The notes under the pieces: generated by a model | Seen by the model: the letters and a program-made list of their open reading frames with translations, nothing else | What the model was told of the DNA's origin: nothing | Databases searched by the model: none | Translations under genes and position numbers: made by a program | Assembly: GCA_965153455.1 (NCBI GenBank) | Contig: OZ234494.1 | Location: 11,594,001-11,658,000 of the forward strand | Direction: 5' to 3' | DNA: 64,000 nt | From: Sphagnum compactum | Lineage: Eukaryota | Part shown: positions 49,139 to 62,781 of the stretch, piece by piece | Layout: every line of letters begins with the position of its first letter | Position numbering within the stretch: the stretch's first letter is position 1

Positions 49139-50891
49139 GTTGCCACCAGGTTTGTGATGATACTCTCATTTTGTTCCCCAAGTTCCCATGTGTTACCCAA
49201 GCATTTCCCCCAAAGCATCACACTTTTATCCCATTTCCTTGGTCCAAATTCTTCCCTTCAAGCCTACATTGTTGAGACCAAAGGGAAAGGCTACATTATT
49301 GTCTATTTTGTGATTGTCCATAGTGTGAATGTTCTTTTTCTGGCAATGGGCCAATCAAAGAGATACATCACAAAGAAAAACAAATCACTTTGAACATACC
49401 CAAAACTAATTAATACAACTATAACAAATATTTACCTGCAGTAGCCATATTCCAAACCTTGCCCTCAGCATCACTAAATCTGCAAACTCTGGTTATCTCT
49501 AGTTTGGCACAAAGTATTAGCACTAATCTCAAATACCCGACATTCTTTTTCCCTTGTTGTTTTTGGATAGGATTTTAATTTGTGTGAATTTTTTTAATAT
49601 ATAGCCTAGTACCTTGGCAGCTTCAGCATGTGTCTGCTGAATAATTAATTAATTTTGAAAACTTTCATTTTGAAAAGAAAATATAAAATATTCAACAATA
49701 TTTCAAAATATTCTTCACTTTCATTTCCTTTTACTAAAAAATTCTCTTGGAGAAAAGGTTTTGGAGGGTGGAAGGAGGAAGATTTTGGCATTTTTAAAAA
49801 TAATATAATTTGTGCTGGGAACCGCCAAGATACTATGGCATATGCATACTTAGTCAAATGTGCACATTAGTTGTAGACAACGGAACAATGACATAGTTTA
49901 TGAATTGACATTCGATTCGATATGGGGAGGGGAGGGGGGTGTTTGTTGATGAAATATCTATACTCTACACCCGTCGTTAATTGATTATAAAACCTATTAT
50001 TGTCACGTGAAGCTTTGCAAAATATTTAACAATAAGACTTGGTTTGTATGGACAAAAGTCATTATTGAATTAACATGAGGTTAGACCCGTGAATTGACTG
50101 GTTTGTGGTTTTGGGTCCAATTCTTAGGCCCACTTTAGACTAGGAGCCAAGGCCAATAAACCCGGAGGCCAATTACAGGAAATTTTGAACATGTTTGGCC
50201 TGTTATTTGGTGTCAATTTTTACTAATAAAATAATTATTTTAAATTATGGTCAAGGATTAAAATTAATGATTTAAAAAAAATTTAAGCTCAAGGATTTCT
50301 TGTGTAAAGTTGTTGAGGCCAAGAAATTGTAGCCAAGTCTTCAATGTTTGGAATGCTTTCCCTTTTTACCTCCCCCCCCCCCCCCTCTCTTGTTATATAA
50401 GAGAGAACAATAGACAACGGGCAAGATAAAGATGGGAAAAAAATGGAGAGACGCAAACCCTATACTATAGGGGTTGCAGAGTTCCATTGGATGACAAAGT
50501 ATAAATTTCAAGGAATAAGTAATGTTTTATTGTTACAACATTGGCCCCAAGGATTGGGAATTGGCTCCTCAAGTTGATAGGCAATCCTTTTTCGCCCTTG
50601 GGGCCATCACAAGGCCAAATAATCATGCATTAAAATATTGTATTTTAGTTTGGCCTTGACTCTTCGTATAAGGCGCTTGGCACTAATTTCAGTAGCTGAA
50701 CCAATAGGATTGCTTGATTGGGTTCAACTTTGGCCTCAAACTCCTTGTGTAAAGTGGGACCTTAGTCTTGTTTTGAGGTACCTATGTATTTGACTGGCAC
50801 GTTTAAGCTCACTATGGAATTGGAACTTGAAAATTGACAATGTTTTGCAATTGGAATCAGATTCTGTTTCTTTAGGAGAGAACCAGGCTAA

Positions 50892-51104
50892 TGGTGCATT
50901 CACACTTGATGTTAAGTCAGTGTTAAATGAAAATCTAGGTGGCATCCTAGGTGGCACGCAATGTTAAATAGATGATAATTTAATGTTAAGTGAATGCTAA
51001 CTTAACATAAATTTTTCATAATAAGTAGGTTTAAGTCTTAAATGACTAGCATGATGTTAGAGGACTCAACACTAGAATCCCTAACACCAAGTGTGACTAC
51101 ACCT
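50892..51104. mobile_element. Tourist-like MITE, about 213 bp; second copy at 62573-62781
   Basis: TIRs GGTGCATTCACACTTGATGTTA / TAACACCAAGTGTGACTACACC flanked by TAA. The interior is highly similar to 62581-62780. Confidence 0.85.
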
Positions 51105-51496
51105 TAAGTATTACTATATTTTCATGAAATGTAACAAGCAGGTTGTGCATTGAAATCATGTGATCACTTCTAATTGATCATACAACATTGGTGGGGGGGG
51201 GGGGTAACCTAATTATCAGATTCTTTTATCTCTGTCTCTACCTAATCTACATAGGTAGTAATATTGAACTCAGATTTCCAAATAATTGGGGTTTGGGAAA
51301 AAAAGAAAAATTTGACAAAAAATTTCACATCAGGCTGGAATCCTGGTTCCATAATAATGTTTTTTTAATATAAAAATATAAAAACCTCACACTTAGTTCA
51401 CAATAATGATACCTGATGAACAAACATTCCTCCAAATGTGGGACCAAAAATGAATAACTACATCATAGTTCCAAGGAGAGGAACCAAATTGAAAAA

Positions 51497-51821
51497 GGAA
51501 AATTTTAAATTCATACCTTTTTTGGTTAAATTCACACCCTTCGCGCGTCTGATTTTATGCAGATTAAACTTTAAGAGTATGTTCCTTTATCAGTTCAATT
51601 ACTTCTCTGGGCAAGTTCTCGAGTTGTGCCCTGATTGACCACAGAAATCACACTTGCATCCTTCCAAGTATTCAAAGTGAGACTTGTCTCTGGTCGTGCT
51701 TGTCTTGTTCTTAGAGCCTGCAGGTCTGCCGCGTTTCTTGATCACCAACAAGGGCTCTTGAACTTGAACATCAGAAAGGGGTGTGAATTTAACCAAAAAA
51801 GGTGTGAATTTAAAATTTTCC
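51497..51821 (-). mobile_element. Non-autonomous Mutator-like element (325 bp) retaining the transposase C-terminus
   Basis: 43-bp TIRs GGAAAATTTTAAATTCA(T/C)ACCTTTTTTGGTTAAATTCACACCC with one mismatch and an 8-bp TSD TTGAAAAA. The internal minus-strand ORF 'KKRGRPAGSKNKTSTTRDKSHFEY...KCDFCGQSGHNSRTCP*' has the GRP motif and CCHC knuckle typical of MULE C-termini. Confidence 0.88.
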
Positions 51822-53050
51822 TTGAAAAATTATGTATCATAATAGTACCTAGTTCTGTTGTCTCTCTCCTTCCATTTCACAGGGCAGAATCAACCAACAA
51901 ACTACACCAATAGGGCTGTTGAGATGGAGTTGGAGTTGAGAAAGTTGTTATTAACTTTACATGGGGGGAGGGGTCCAGGGTTCAAATTCTTAGGAGCCAA
52001 TTTGGACTTATTTGAAGCAAATTGAATCCTTGAGTTGGACCATTCCTTGGACCCTAGCTTTGCACCTTGATTCTTCAAACTATGAGCTCTCCTTTTTATT
52101 AGCTTTTCATTAATTTTTTGGGGTGTAAACCAATCAATTTTTTGTCCAAAATGGTGCCATGTATGTTTAGCCTCGATTTGCCACTTTTTGGTCTTAGACC
52201 CTCATCTAAGGGCCATGGTCTAATTTATGGCTCTCATCCAATAGGATTGCTCTGTTTCATTGGACCCTGGGTCCTTGTCTAAAGTGGCCCTTAGTAAAAG
52301 TAGGTGATAGGTACAACAACAACTCCATTAAAATTGATTGGCTCTTCCCTTCAGGGTAGTGACATTGGGATGCATTCAATAAAGGTTAAAGTTCGGTTTC
52401 CCTACATTCTAGGGTTATGTGGAGTCCATTATAGAAAACATTTCAAGCCTAATAACTGAAGGATCCACTTGGGCTTCACCAATCCTTACTATAACCACAA
52501 TGTATTTCCTATCATTTATTTTTATTTTTTTCATTTTTGTGAAATAAAATTTCTGGCGAATTTTTTTTTCCAAGAAATAGCAAAATTAGTTGAATTTTTT
52601 AGCTAGAAAAAATAAATCTTCCCCAAATATTTTTGGATCAAAAAATGACGAAATTTCAATACCCAAAAAAGAAAAAAGAACAACTGAGATTGGAATTTTC
52701 CCAATTGAGTATGTTGAACATTTATCATGCGTGATGGGTGTCATTTAAAAACGGGCAGTCTGACCGAGGCAACATGCAAAGAGCCACTTGTTAGAATGAA
52801 GTGGTAATTAATTACAATAATAAGTAGCAATTGATTACCTTAGTAGATATGAAGAAGTAAATTAAATGCCCAGCTTAAGACCAAACACCATGCGTGTCAT
52901 TTGGAAATTGGTAGGTAGGTAATACTAGGTACTTAGGTAAAGAGTGTCTGTCAGTAAAAGTCAGTCGGTTAGTCAGGTCAGGCCCTAAAAAAAGTGTTAC
53001 CACAGAAACAGCAGCAGCAGCAGCAGCAGGCAACAAGCTCCGGGCAGGCA

Positions 53051-53089
<39 letters not shown>

Positions 53090-53899
53090 CTGCCGTCTTT
53101 CTTTCTTTTTTCACTATTAAAAACTGTTCCCTCCTCTTTTCCCTTCCCTCGCATGCACAGTAGCCAATATTGCTGTTACAGAAATAGCCAATATTTATGT
53201 TGCAAAAAAGCCAATATTGCTGTTACAAAACAGCCCCCAGCGCCATTCACTCCTCTGCAGTCCCCATTGAAACGTTGTGATGAGAGAGAGAGAGCACACA
53301 CACACACACGCACACACAGAGTCTCGTCCTTCGCTTCTCCAGCTCTTCTTCTTCCTTCTCCATTCCTTTCTGCCCTCTTGTTCCTGTTATCAACTTCCAT
53401 TGGAACAACAACAAAGAAGAAGGTGGAGCCTGCACTCGCTGACAACATACAGATTTTGTGGCAGCAGAAGAAGGTGTTAGAACTAGTACTCGTACTATAG
53501 GGAGGTCCTGGAGCTTCTTACTTGGACCTTTGCAGTAGTTTAAGTGACTGGATGAGCAATATTCGCGTACTAGCTCCAAGTATATTGCTTGCTTGCTCGT
53601 TGTTGTTGTGGTCGTTGTCTTTCTGCGGTACATCATTATAGCCAGCATGGTGATGATCCACAGGAAGATTTAGCCAAGTTTGGCTACAAGCTAAATATGA
53701 AAGCAATTTTTTGAAAACAACTTTCAATATTTTTGGCTACCTACTTGAACCATGTAGGTAAATCTGATGATTTTTCTTATATTTTGGTCGAATTCTTACT
53801 ATTGAAAATCTCAAAAAGCATATGACTTTAGCACTTTTAATTAATAATATAGCATTTTGGCTACATATAGCCAACCAAAAAAAAAGGCTGATTTGGAAT

Positions 53900-55200
53900 T
53901 CTTTTGAAACACGACAATCATTTTGACTGTGGTTAGCACCTAATTTGTTCTAATTCATCCAAATTTTAGTGAAATATGCCACATCCCTTAGTAATGCAAG
54001 CAATTAATACCTCCTCAAAAAAATAAAAAATGAAACAAGTAGGTTGTACTTTGATATTATGTGATCACTTCTAATTTCTAATTGATCATACAACATCCAT
54101 AGGAGACAATTTTTAATTGTTGTCCATATGTAATGTACATGGATTGAACTTAATTCCTCAACTATTTTGGGTTTGGAATTCTTTTGCAACACATTATCTA
54201 TCCACTTTGACTATAGTTAATTTGTGCTAATGCACCCAAAAGTTAGTCAAACATAAGTGAAATATGTCACATCCCTTAGTAGTACATGCAATTAATCCAT
54301 TTTCAAAAAGTAACAAGCAAGGTGTATTTTGAAATCATGTGATCACTTCTAATTATCATACAACATTGGGAACAAACAATTTTGATTTCTATCTATGTGT
54401 ATTGTACATAAAATTGAACTCAAATTTTTAACAAACTTAGGTTTGGCATTCTTTCATAAATACATCGTATCTAAAGGTTAAGGAATTCAAAAAACCCTCT
54501 CAAAATCCCATTAGGTTAGATAGACCAATCATCGAATTTAACAATTCTGAAAGCTTAGAATTTTAAAACATTGTTTATTTGCTTTTGCAATTCAAAAGGT
54601 TTATGTAGAACTTTGTTTGGTGCACCTATATCCATTTAGATAATTCAAAATGGACAAAAAATGTGAAAGATATGGGGTACAAAAGTGAGGGGCATCAACA
54701 TTTGGTGATGACATTTTGTGATTATAACATGTTTGTCTTCTTGGTGATTTTCTTTCTTTGTTCTTTTGTTTTTGGAGTTCAAAAAGGTTATGTAGAGCTC
54801 TTTTTGATGCATACATAGTTGTTTAAATTGTTCAAAACAAATAAGAAATGAAGAAACTATGGGGTTTGGAAGGTGAGAATCTTTTCTTTGAAAACACATT
54901 ATGTGATCTAAACAACTTTTGTAATTATTTTTCAATGTTGTTCCTTTTTTTCAAAGTTCAAAGAGGTGATGTAAAGCTTCTGTTGGTGCACCCATAGTTG
55001 TTTAGATTGTTCAAACAAACAAGAAATGAAGACAATATGGGGTTTGGAATACAAGGGTCTTTTCTTTGTCTTTTCCTTGAAAGCATGTTGTGTGATTTAG
55101 ACACATTTTGTAGTTTTTCTTTGTTGCTCCTTTGTCTCTAGAGTTCAAAAAGGTTATTTAAAACCCTTCTTAGTGCACCCGTGGCTCTTTAGGTCACTTT
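53900..55200. repeat. Cluster of degenerate local repeats
   Basis: ATGTGATCACTTCTAATT..TCATACAACAT occurs near 54060 and 54338, and also near 51157. AAAAGGTTATGTAGAGCT...GTGCACC.ATAGTTGTTTAGA occurs near 54595, 54783, 54960 and 55148. Confidence 0.65.
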
Positions 55201-55965
55201 AAACAAAAATTTAAAAAACATTCAAAAAATTCAAAAAAAATTCAAAATGTTCAATGACCAACTTGTGTTCAGTGATAGACATGCTTACCCTAAACATTCC
55301 ATAAAAAATTTTAAGTTAATTAGTTTCAAAAGCAAAAGTTTTCATCAAATTTGAAAACTAAAATCAAATGTACACAAGATTTGCATTTTGGGTAAATATA
55401 GAACCTAACTTTGGGAATAAGTTGCCCATGACTTTGGAGAATCCCAAGCATGGCAAGCAAGGATTGCTATGGGTTTCCTTCCAAGATGGAACATTTCTTT
55501 CTTCCTTTATTTAAAAAGTATTATCCTTTTGTTGTTTGTTACATGTATGTACCAGAGTTGTCTGGTTATCAACATCTAGACCTAACCTATGGATACCAAT
55601 AATAGATTTTATTTTATTTTAGGGCAAGGAAGGATATGTATCCTAAAAAAAAATCAATCTACTACAGTAGCTGATTACAAATAATTTTATTTTTCTCCTT
55701 CATCTACTGGTTAGGAATATTCCAATTTTTAGTTTTTGAAACATGGTGAATATGCACAAAGGTTATGTATGCAAAATTTCCAAATTCGGTTGCTTAAAAG
55801 ACTATAGCTAATCTAACAAAACAAAAACAACATAAGCAAAATCCAAAACAAAGTAACTTGTGGGGGAATTGAACCCCCATTTTTCATAGAACTATGAAGA
55901 ACTTAGCTCAATTGTAGCACAAGTTTCCTACCCCAACTACACTCCCACAAAAACAAACCACAAAA

Positions 55966-58200
55966 TTAATCATTGTCAACTTGTAATTGTTCAAAAAAGT
56001 CAGCTTTTTCAAGCAAGTCATAGTTATCCTCTCCCAAGAAATCTTCCTCTTTTAAATATTCTTTCAAATCTGCATTTGGTTCGCAATTGTGGTGCGGGTC
56101 ATCAGGCCAATTTTTCACCACCATGATGATCCGATCCATGTTCTCCACCTGTAAGCAACAATGTCTTAAAGTTGTCAACACACCTGCAAGATTAAACACA
56201 CATTTAGTTTTTATTTGTGAATTCAGGATTCCAAGAATCTAGTTTGCAAGGAAACCCATGTTTGGAAACCGGCCTTCATGGATGCGCCACCATGCTAATG
56301 GATCTACACATGTAGATGGAAAAACAGGAAGCTTCTTAAACAGAAATTACTCTCCAGTAACTAGTGCATGCGAAGGGTCCTCAATTGAAGCCCCCACGCC
56401 AAACATATTTTCTTCAAATTCCTCACCCATGACATCAATTGTTGTTATAACATTAGATGCATTAATGGTAGTAGGGTTTAGCCATTCAAAGTAGACCATC
56501 AAAAGAGTAACAATTCTAGCATCATATTCAATGGCTAATCAAATGGCATTCCCATGTCCCAACAAATCCATAACACGTAAAGACTTGAACCATGGATCCA
56601 ACATGATGGCCATCATATTTTGAGCCTACCCTCCATCAAAAGTTTTCAGAAATTGCAAAAAAGGTTTGATAACCTTAATAACCTTTAGTCGCATATTTCT
56701 ATGCAAAACAAGGATCTCACTTTCAAATGAGTCAAAATTTCAAGCCCACCAAAAAGTGGCAATAATGTTGCTTCCATGTTCACAATAAGTGCAATAAATA
56801 TTTCAAAACATCTGATAACAACCAATGGCCCCTTGATTGATTCATGACACATGTTGATACAACAAGGTTTAAACAAAATGTGACTACCTCAGCAACAGCC
56901 CACACTTGGGCTTTTGGCAATTTTTGCTACAAAGCCATAGCTTTCTACTTTCCATAACAAAAAATAATGGTGTTTTTAAACTATAGACATTATTTAAACA
57001 TTATGACCTTGCTTACAAATCTAGTTTTCACAAGAGTTTTTTATTTTCAATGTTGCATCTTGCTATCAGAACAAGCTTACTCCCACTCCTACCTCCATTT
57101 CCCAAACTTTTTGGTCCAGGTAATTGTTTTTTGTAAACCAAGCTATGCATCCTTCACATTGACATTTCTTAACCCAACAGAAATTTTGTCATCACTAGGC
57201 ACGCCTTAAACATTACATGCCCAAAGCAAGTACCCCCGTAAACCTTGAGCAACTTCAAAGGTTCACAATGAACAATTGATTGTAGAACTACTACCATAAC
57301 AATTGCCTTCATCCTTTACAAAGGCAATTATTTGATACAATAATCCATACTTCTCCAATATGGATTGGAGTTGTATGGCCATGGATTGCTCAAAAATCTC
57401 ATGAACTTCAAACAATTCCATAGTAACATGCATTGGCACCCAAGCTTCATTCAAAAAATTTATAACTAGAGCAAATGTGTCAACATTGCCACGAGACATT
57501 CAAAGATTGAAATTGGCTAAAATTGTTGCTACAATTTTCAAATTTGGCAAAACATGTCTTTTTCACCATTGTAGGTAACACTTCTGCCATTAGAAAGGAC
57601 CAAAAAGTAATTGAACTTGGGTCATTGGCATAAGACCAACCTCTAAAGCCAAATGTTTTCACAAGAGGATAATGGTCTGTAACCCTTGCAAATGTATAAC
57701 ACCATATCTTCAAAAAACTATAATTGAGCATCATCAAAAAATTTATAAGGATTTTGGCACTAAAGAATGTTGTAATTGCACATCTAAAAGGATTTGCCCT
57801 CTTTTTTCTTGGCTACCGAGTATGATAAAATGTTACCACCTTCTCACTACAAATATGCTTTCTCTGAGCCCATAACCTTGGATGTGCAGTCTCCACATGA
57901 ATCTTCATGGGAGTTATGCCATTGGTTTTGCTCTATTTTATTAGACCCTTACAGAGACCATATCATTATGTCAAATCAATCTCAAATGTCTACTTAGATC
58001 TACAAATGATGCATTGCAACATTTGTGGGTTCTCCAAATCCACAGGATGATTATCATTGATAGCAAAAAATCCCTAATGTATAAAGATTCGACCATGAGG
58101 CCTCCAAACAATAGCTTGTGTTTTTATGGTTTCAATTTGGAGAACATCTGAATTTGGCACATTACTGCCAGTTTGAAGGTGGACACTTTCAATGTCTGAA
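55966..58200 (-). pseudogene. Degenerate hAT transposase
   Basis: Minus-strand fragments 'MSRGNVDTFALVINFL', 'VKDEGN', 'CFGHVM', 'KTRF', 'MLDPWFK' and the dimerisation domain 'DPLAWWRIHEGRFPNMGFLAN*ILGI..SQI..KCVFNLAGVLT', with many stops and frameshifts. Confidence 0.85.
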
Positions 58201-58724
58201 AATGAAAATGTAGCTATAGATGTTTAAATGTGGGGGAGCTTATGCATTTTCATCAACTTCACCTTCATTCTCAATCATGCAAAACTTTGCCTCCTTAGCC
58301 ATCGAACAAATAGACAAAATGCACAATGCACTTACACACAACAAAAAAGACACACTAAACAAAATAAATTCAACTTCAAGTTCCCAAAACCAAAAATAAA
58401 TAAATCAAAGGTTTAGGGTTTAGGAACTTACCTTCATTGTGAAATGTGATGGTTTTTTGTTGTTGCGTGCTACATCCAAAGTCCAAAATGTGGTTGCTAT
58501 TGCAGGTTGTGTCCAAAACCTGGAAGTAAACTTGCACAAACACTAATCAACAAAACCAAAAACACAACCCAAAAGGAAGTGGAGAGAAACATTGAAATCA
58601 AATGTTTGGAGCAAAACCAAGAAGTAAGCACAAACGCAGAGTTAGATCATGTAAGCATAAAGTTACAAGCAAAGTTCAAAAGGAAGCAGATAGTGCAACA
58701 TTGGGAGTAAAACTAAGGAAACAT

Positions 58725-59340
58725 CGTGCTTGAAAAAACATTGTGTTGAAAAAACAATGCAAAAAAATCATGGTCCTTGAAAAAAACAAAGCTAAAAAAC
58801 CAAGGTGCTTGAGAAAGCACAGTGCCCAGAAACAACGTTGAAAAACCATAGTGCTTGAAAAAGCACACTATTTAACTTGAGAAAACACAATGCCTAGAAA
58901 CAACGCTGAGAAACCATAATGTTTGAAAAAACACACTTTCTAGCTTGAAAAAACATAGTGCCCAAAAAATAGTTGAGAAACCATAGTGATTGAAAAAGCA
59001 CACTGTCTAGCTTGAGAAACCATAGTGCCTAGAAACAACAATGAGAAACCATAGTGCTTGAAATAGCACATTGTATAGCTTGAGAAAACACATTGCCCAC
59101 AAACAACGCTAAGAAACCACAACACTTGAAAAACATAGTGCCCAGAAACAATGCCGAGAAACCACAATGCTTGAGAAAGCACAATGCCCATAAACCATGC
59201 CAAGAAACCACAGTGCTTGAGAAAGCATAATGCCCATAAACAACTTTGAGAAACCATGGCACTTGAAAAAGCACAATGCCCATAAACCGAGAAATCACAA
59301 TGCTTGGGAAAGAATAGTGCCCAGAAATAATGCTGAAAAA
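58725..59340. repeat. Short-unit tandem repeat, probably the subterminal region of the hAT element
   Basis: Many copies of GAAACCA(T/C)A(G/A)TGCTTGA(G/A)AAAGCAC / ACAATGCCCA.AAACAAC-type units, upstream of the hAT ORF. Confidence 0.8.
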
Positions 59341-59789
59341 TTAATTTACTTTTGATCTACTTTTTATTGTGTGGACTTTTGTAAAATATGTGGTAAGTAG
59401 GTTTTAATAGATAGATTTTTTATTTTCTATGACGGCCACCCCTCAAAACTATAATGATATCTATATCCCCAAAAGTAATAGAGCAACTAAGTTTTAAAAG
59501 TAGACTAAAAGTATCCCCATTTACAAATTTACCACTTGGCAAATGGGGATATTTTTGGTCTACTTTAAAAATTTGTTTAATCCTAATTTCTTTAGAAGTG
59601 AATTCTTATAGTAATAATAGAAGTGTGGGATGTTTTATAATTATGTTTTCACCAATTTTTATGTTACTTGTTTGGTTGTATATGCATGATATAGGGTTAA
59701 TCTAGAGACATTCAATTTTTTTTGTATACTTTACCATGCTTTTACCCCTTTAGCAAGTGTGTCAAAGTTTTGCAATTTTTTTCTAATTG

Positions 59790-62560
59790 AATTTTTTTTT
59801 GGCATAAATGAAAACATTCATTGCAAGTAGAAAAGAAAATACGAACCTTGTGAGGGGGAATGCCACCACACGCTCAAGGCATGTAATTAATTAATAAAAC
59901 CTCTACAAGGCACATCATGGTGCCATTCAACAAATTTGCCAAACTTGGCACAAATAACATTTGTCAAATTTATCTAAATAATTCATCCCTTTAGTAAGAG
60001 AAAGTTTTATAGAACATTTGTCCCATTTAACTTTGCCATAGTTGAAAAAGGCTTCCCAAATAGTTCCTTAGACATTAAAATAGTCCCACCTAGCATTATT
60101 GAAGACCAAATCAATCCATTCAATCCAAATGGTCCATATTACAATGCTTTAAACATGGACCATAACTCTTTAATCGCCAAAAAAATGTCTTGGGACTTTG
60201 GTAGCAAATATGCAATTTGTTTTCAATGCATTGGAGTTGGTTGTTGGATTAGCCTAGGGTTGTGCAATATGGACCGCATAATTTCCCTTGTGAAGTCCCA
60301 CTTGCATTGAACAGGTGTGCATTCCTAAAATTTATGCACAATAGATATTTCCCCAATGTCACATATTGGGCAAGTTCAATTGATTGAAACACTCACCTTT
60401 GCTTGCCATTTGTTCATTGCAACTACCTTGTTCTAAACTACCCATATGAATTTGACCTTTTTGCACAACCATTTATTTTATATGTTGGACCACCTTAACT
60501 TGAAGTTTGGGAAGGAGAAGTTGAATTCATCATTTTTCTGTGATGTTAGTATTGGGTTTAGAACATTTTAACATTTTCCTCCTTAATGCTATAGTACAAG
60601 AGAGAAGCAACTCCCCTCCTTTCCATGAATAAGCTTTTGGGTCAAGTTTTATAATCCCTACTTTACCTCCAAAGCTAAGGAAATGAACCTTTTGTGGGTC
60701 CCTTATCACTTCTATCACCTTGATATGTGCTACCTTGCCCTCACAAAACCTAGAGGCTTTGACTATTGTATTTTTTCTTTTTAAGAAGGTCATGGTTTCT
60801 AGACTAAACCCCATGGAATATAACTTCACCTCCTAAGGGATGTTCAATTTTGGGTTTCCTTTTTCACACTTTGGTGTGAATGTAAGAGAAGTTTGGCACA
60901 CCAAGGAGGGGAAGAGCTTGTCATCCTTGTATAATCTAATTCATTTCCTAGTCAAGCATCCACATCATGAGATCTTTTGAGCTTATTCCATTTCTCTTTT
61001 TGTTTAGTTACAATTCTAATGTATTTTACTTGTTCTTTGGAAAACATTGTGAACTTCTCACAAATCTTGTCTTTGATAGTAAACCTACCAACATTAACCA
61101 TCCATGCATCATTGATTCTGATCCATTTTAGTGAATGTAATTCAATAGTTTTATCTTTTGAAAAGCTTTCATCCCAAGATTGGATTGATTTATTCCACTA
61201 AAAATTTATTGCCAAGATGTCTTTCAGAACGTTTATAACCATTTTGGCTTAGGTTTTAATTACCTTATTCCAAAGCACAGAGCCTAGGCTCGCTTATGGT
61301 TCTTTTGCACACACCATTTTAGGTTAGGTAGCCATTTGCCACTTTTGTGAAGTCGATAATTTCTTAAGTGAAATATTTTGGAATTCTTGCAAATTAGAAT
61401 GCCCATGCTCAAGGGCATGTAATACCCATTTAGATAGGAGTGCGTCCATTGGCTCAATTAGATCCATTAGCCTTAAACAACCTTCTTTTTCCTTTGCATA
61501 ACATTGATCCCAAACAACCCTACAACAACAATTATGGGTAGAACCAACCAAAAGGTAATTCTTAAGGAACTACGTGGTTTTCTAGATCCTCTTTTTGGTT
61601 TGACAAAATAACATGAGGTGGTCAAAAGGATGTTGTTTATCAATAGTTTCTTACTTGTCAAAGAAAGTCTGGCAATTAACAAATAACTCAGTTTTTAACG
61701 AATCTTTTCTAGGAAAAAACTATTTGTTTCAATCAATTCCATGGTAAAATGGAAAGGAGTTCCAAATAATTTTGATATAGTTTTCAAAGGGGCCCAAGTC
61801 CATTTAAATGTCTTGGTCTAATCTAATCTACTTCCTTGCATCATTCTTGTCCAAAATGCAACTAACTTGGATTCCTTATTGAAGAGGTTTAAAGCAAGGC
61901 AAAATAGTTCTAGAATTTGTGCTAGAACCTTGATAGAAACTAACATGTGAGGCTTTTATCATAAAGCTTGTATCATTTGCATGTTGGGTTATCAAATGTT
62001 ACCCTTCAGATCTTGGGTTGGAACCTTTGTATTCTTTTGGCAATAAGTTGCTTTAGGACCATGGCATTGAACACTTTCCCTAACAATTAAAAGTAGGCTT
62101 TGGCAACCTTGTCGTGCCTCTCTTTTGATTGAAAATCCTTTAGAAGCCTTTTCATTAACCACCACGCTAACATTGGCTCCTAAGAAAAGTAATTTTGTCA
62201 TGTTCATAAAAACTTTGTTAGAATTTCAAGCTTTTCCATGCAACCAAATAAGAAGTTCCAATCCACCTTGTCAAATGCTTTGGAAAAATTCAGTTTAAGG
62301 ACTATTATTAATTGCTTGGTTTTCTTAGTCCATGAAATTGTTTAATGGGTTAAGAGAATATTTTTTAGGATATGCTTGAGTGATAGCAATGTTGATTGAT
62401 CTTGAACTTTCTCCTTGGCCATTGCACCCATAGTTGAAAATAACTCATCCTTAGCTATGGGTTTGGTTAGCTATTGCTTTGTGTTTTTAAGGACTTTGTT
62501 TTTCAAGTTCCCAATAAACATGTTATGGGTTTCTTGAAGGATCTCATCACCCTCTCATTT
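59790..62560 (-). mobile_element. Degenerate, 5'-truncated L1-like LINE (ORF2 RT and C-terminal region)
   Basis: Minus strand reads 'IIVLKLNFSKAFDKVDWNF', 'REARQGC', 'QHANDTS' (decayed YADD) and 'VWDQCYAKEKEGCLRLMDL...ALLSKW'. A 3' poly(A) appears as a T-run at about 59792-59800. Confidence 0.85.
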
Positions 62561-62572
62561 GGTGTATAATTT

Positions 62573-62781
62573 ATGGTGATTTGATGTTAAGTCAGAGTTA
62601 AATGAAAATCTAAGTGACATCCTAGGTGGCACACAATGTTAAATAGGTGATAATTTGATGTTAAGTGAATGTTAACTTAACATAAAATTTTCATAATAAG
62701 TAGGTTTAAGTCTTAAATGACTAACATGATGTTAGAGGACTCTAACACTAAAATCCCTAACACCAAGTGTGAACACACATT
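62573..62781. mobile_element. Second copy of the Tourist-like MITE at 50892-51104
   Basis: Same orientation and highly similar interior. The left TIR has a short deletion, and the copy abuts the truncated 5' end of the LINE. Confidence 0.85.

Noticed and set aside
53270-53330. miR535/156-like sequence TGATGAGAGAGAGAGCAC
   Set aside because: There is no complementary GTGCTCTC star arm nearby; a (GA)n(CA)n microsatellite explains it.
55850-55925. tRNA-like GGGAATTGAACCC motif
   Set aside because: Too degenerate, with no cloverleaf or convincing A-box.
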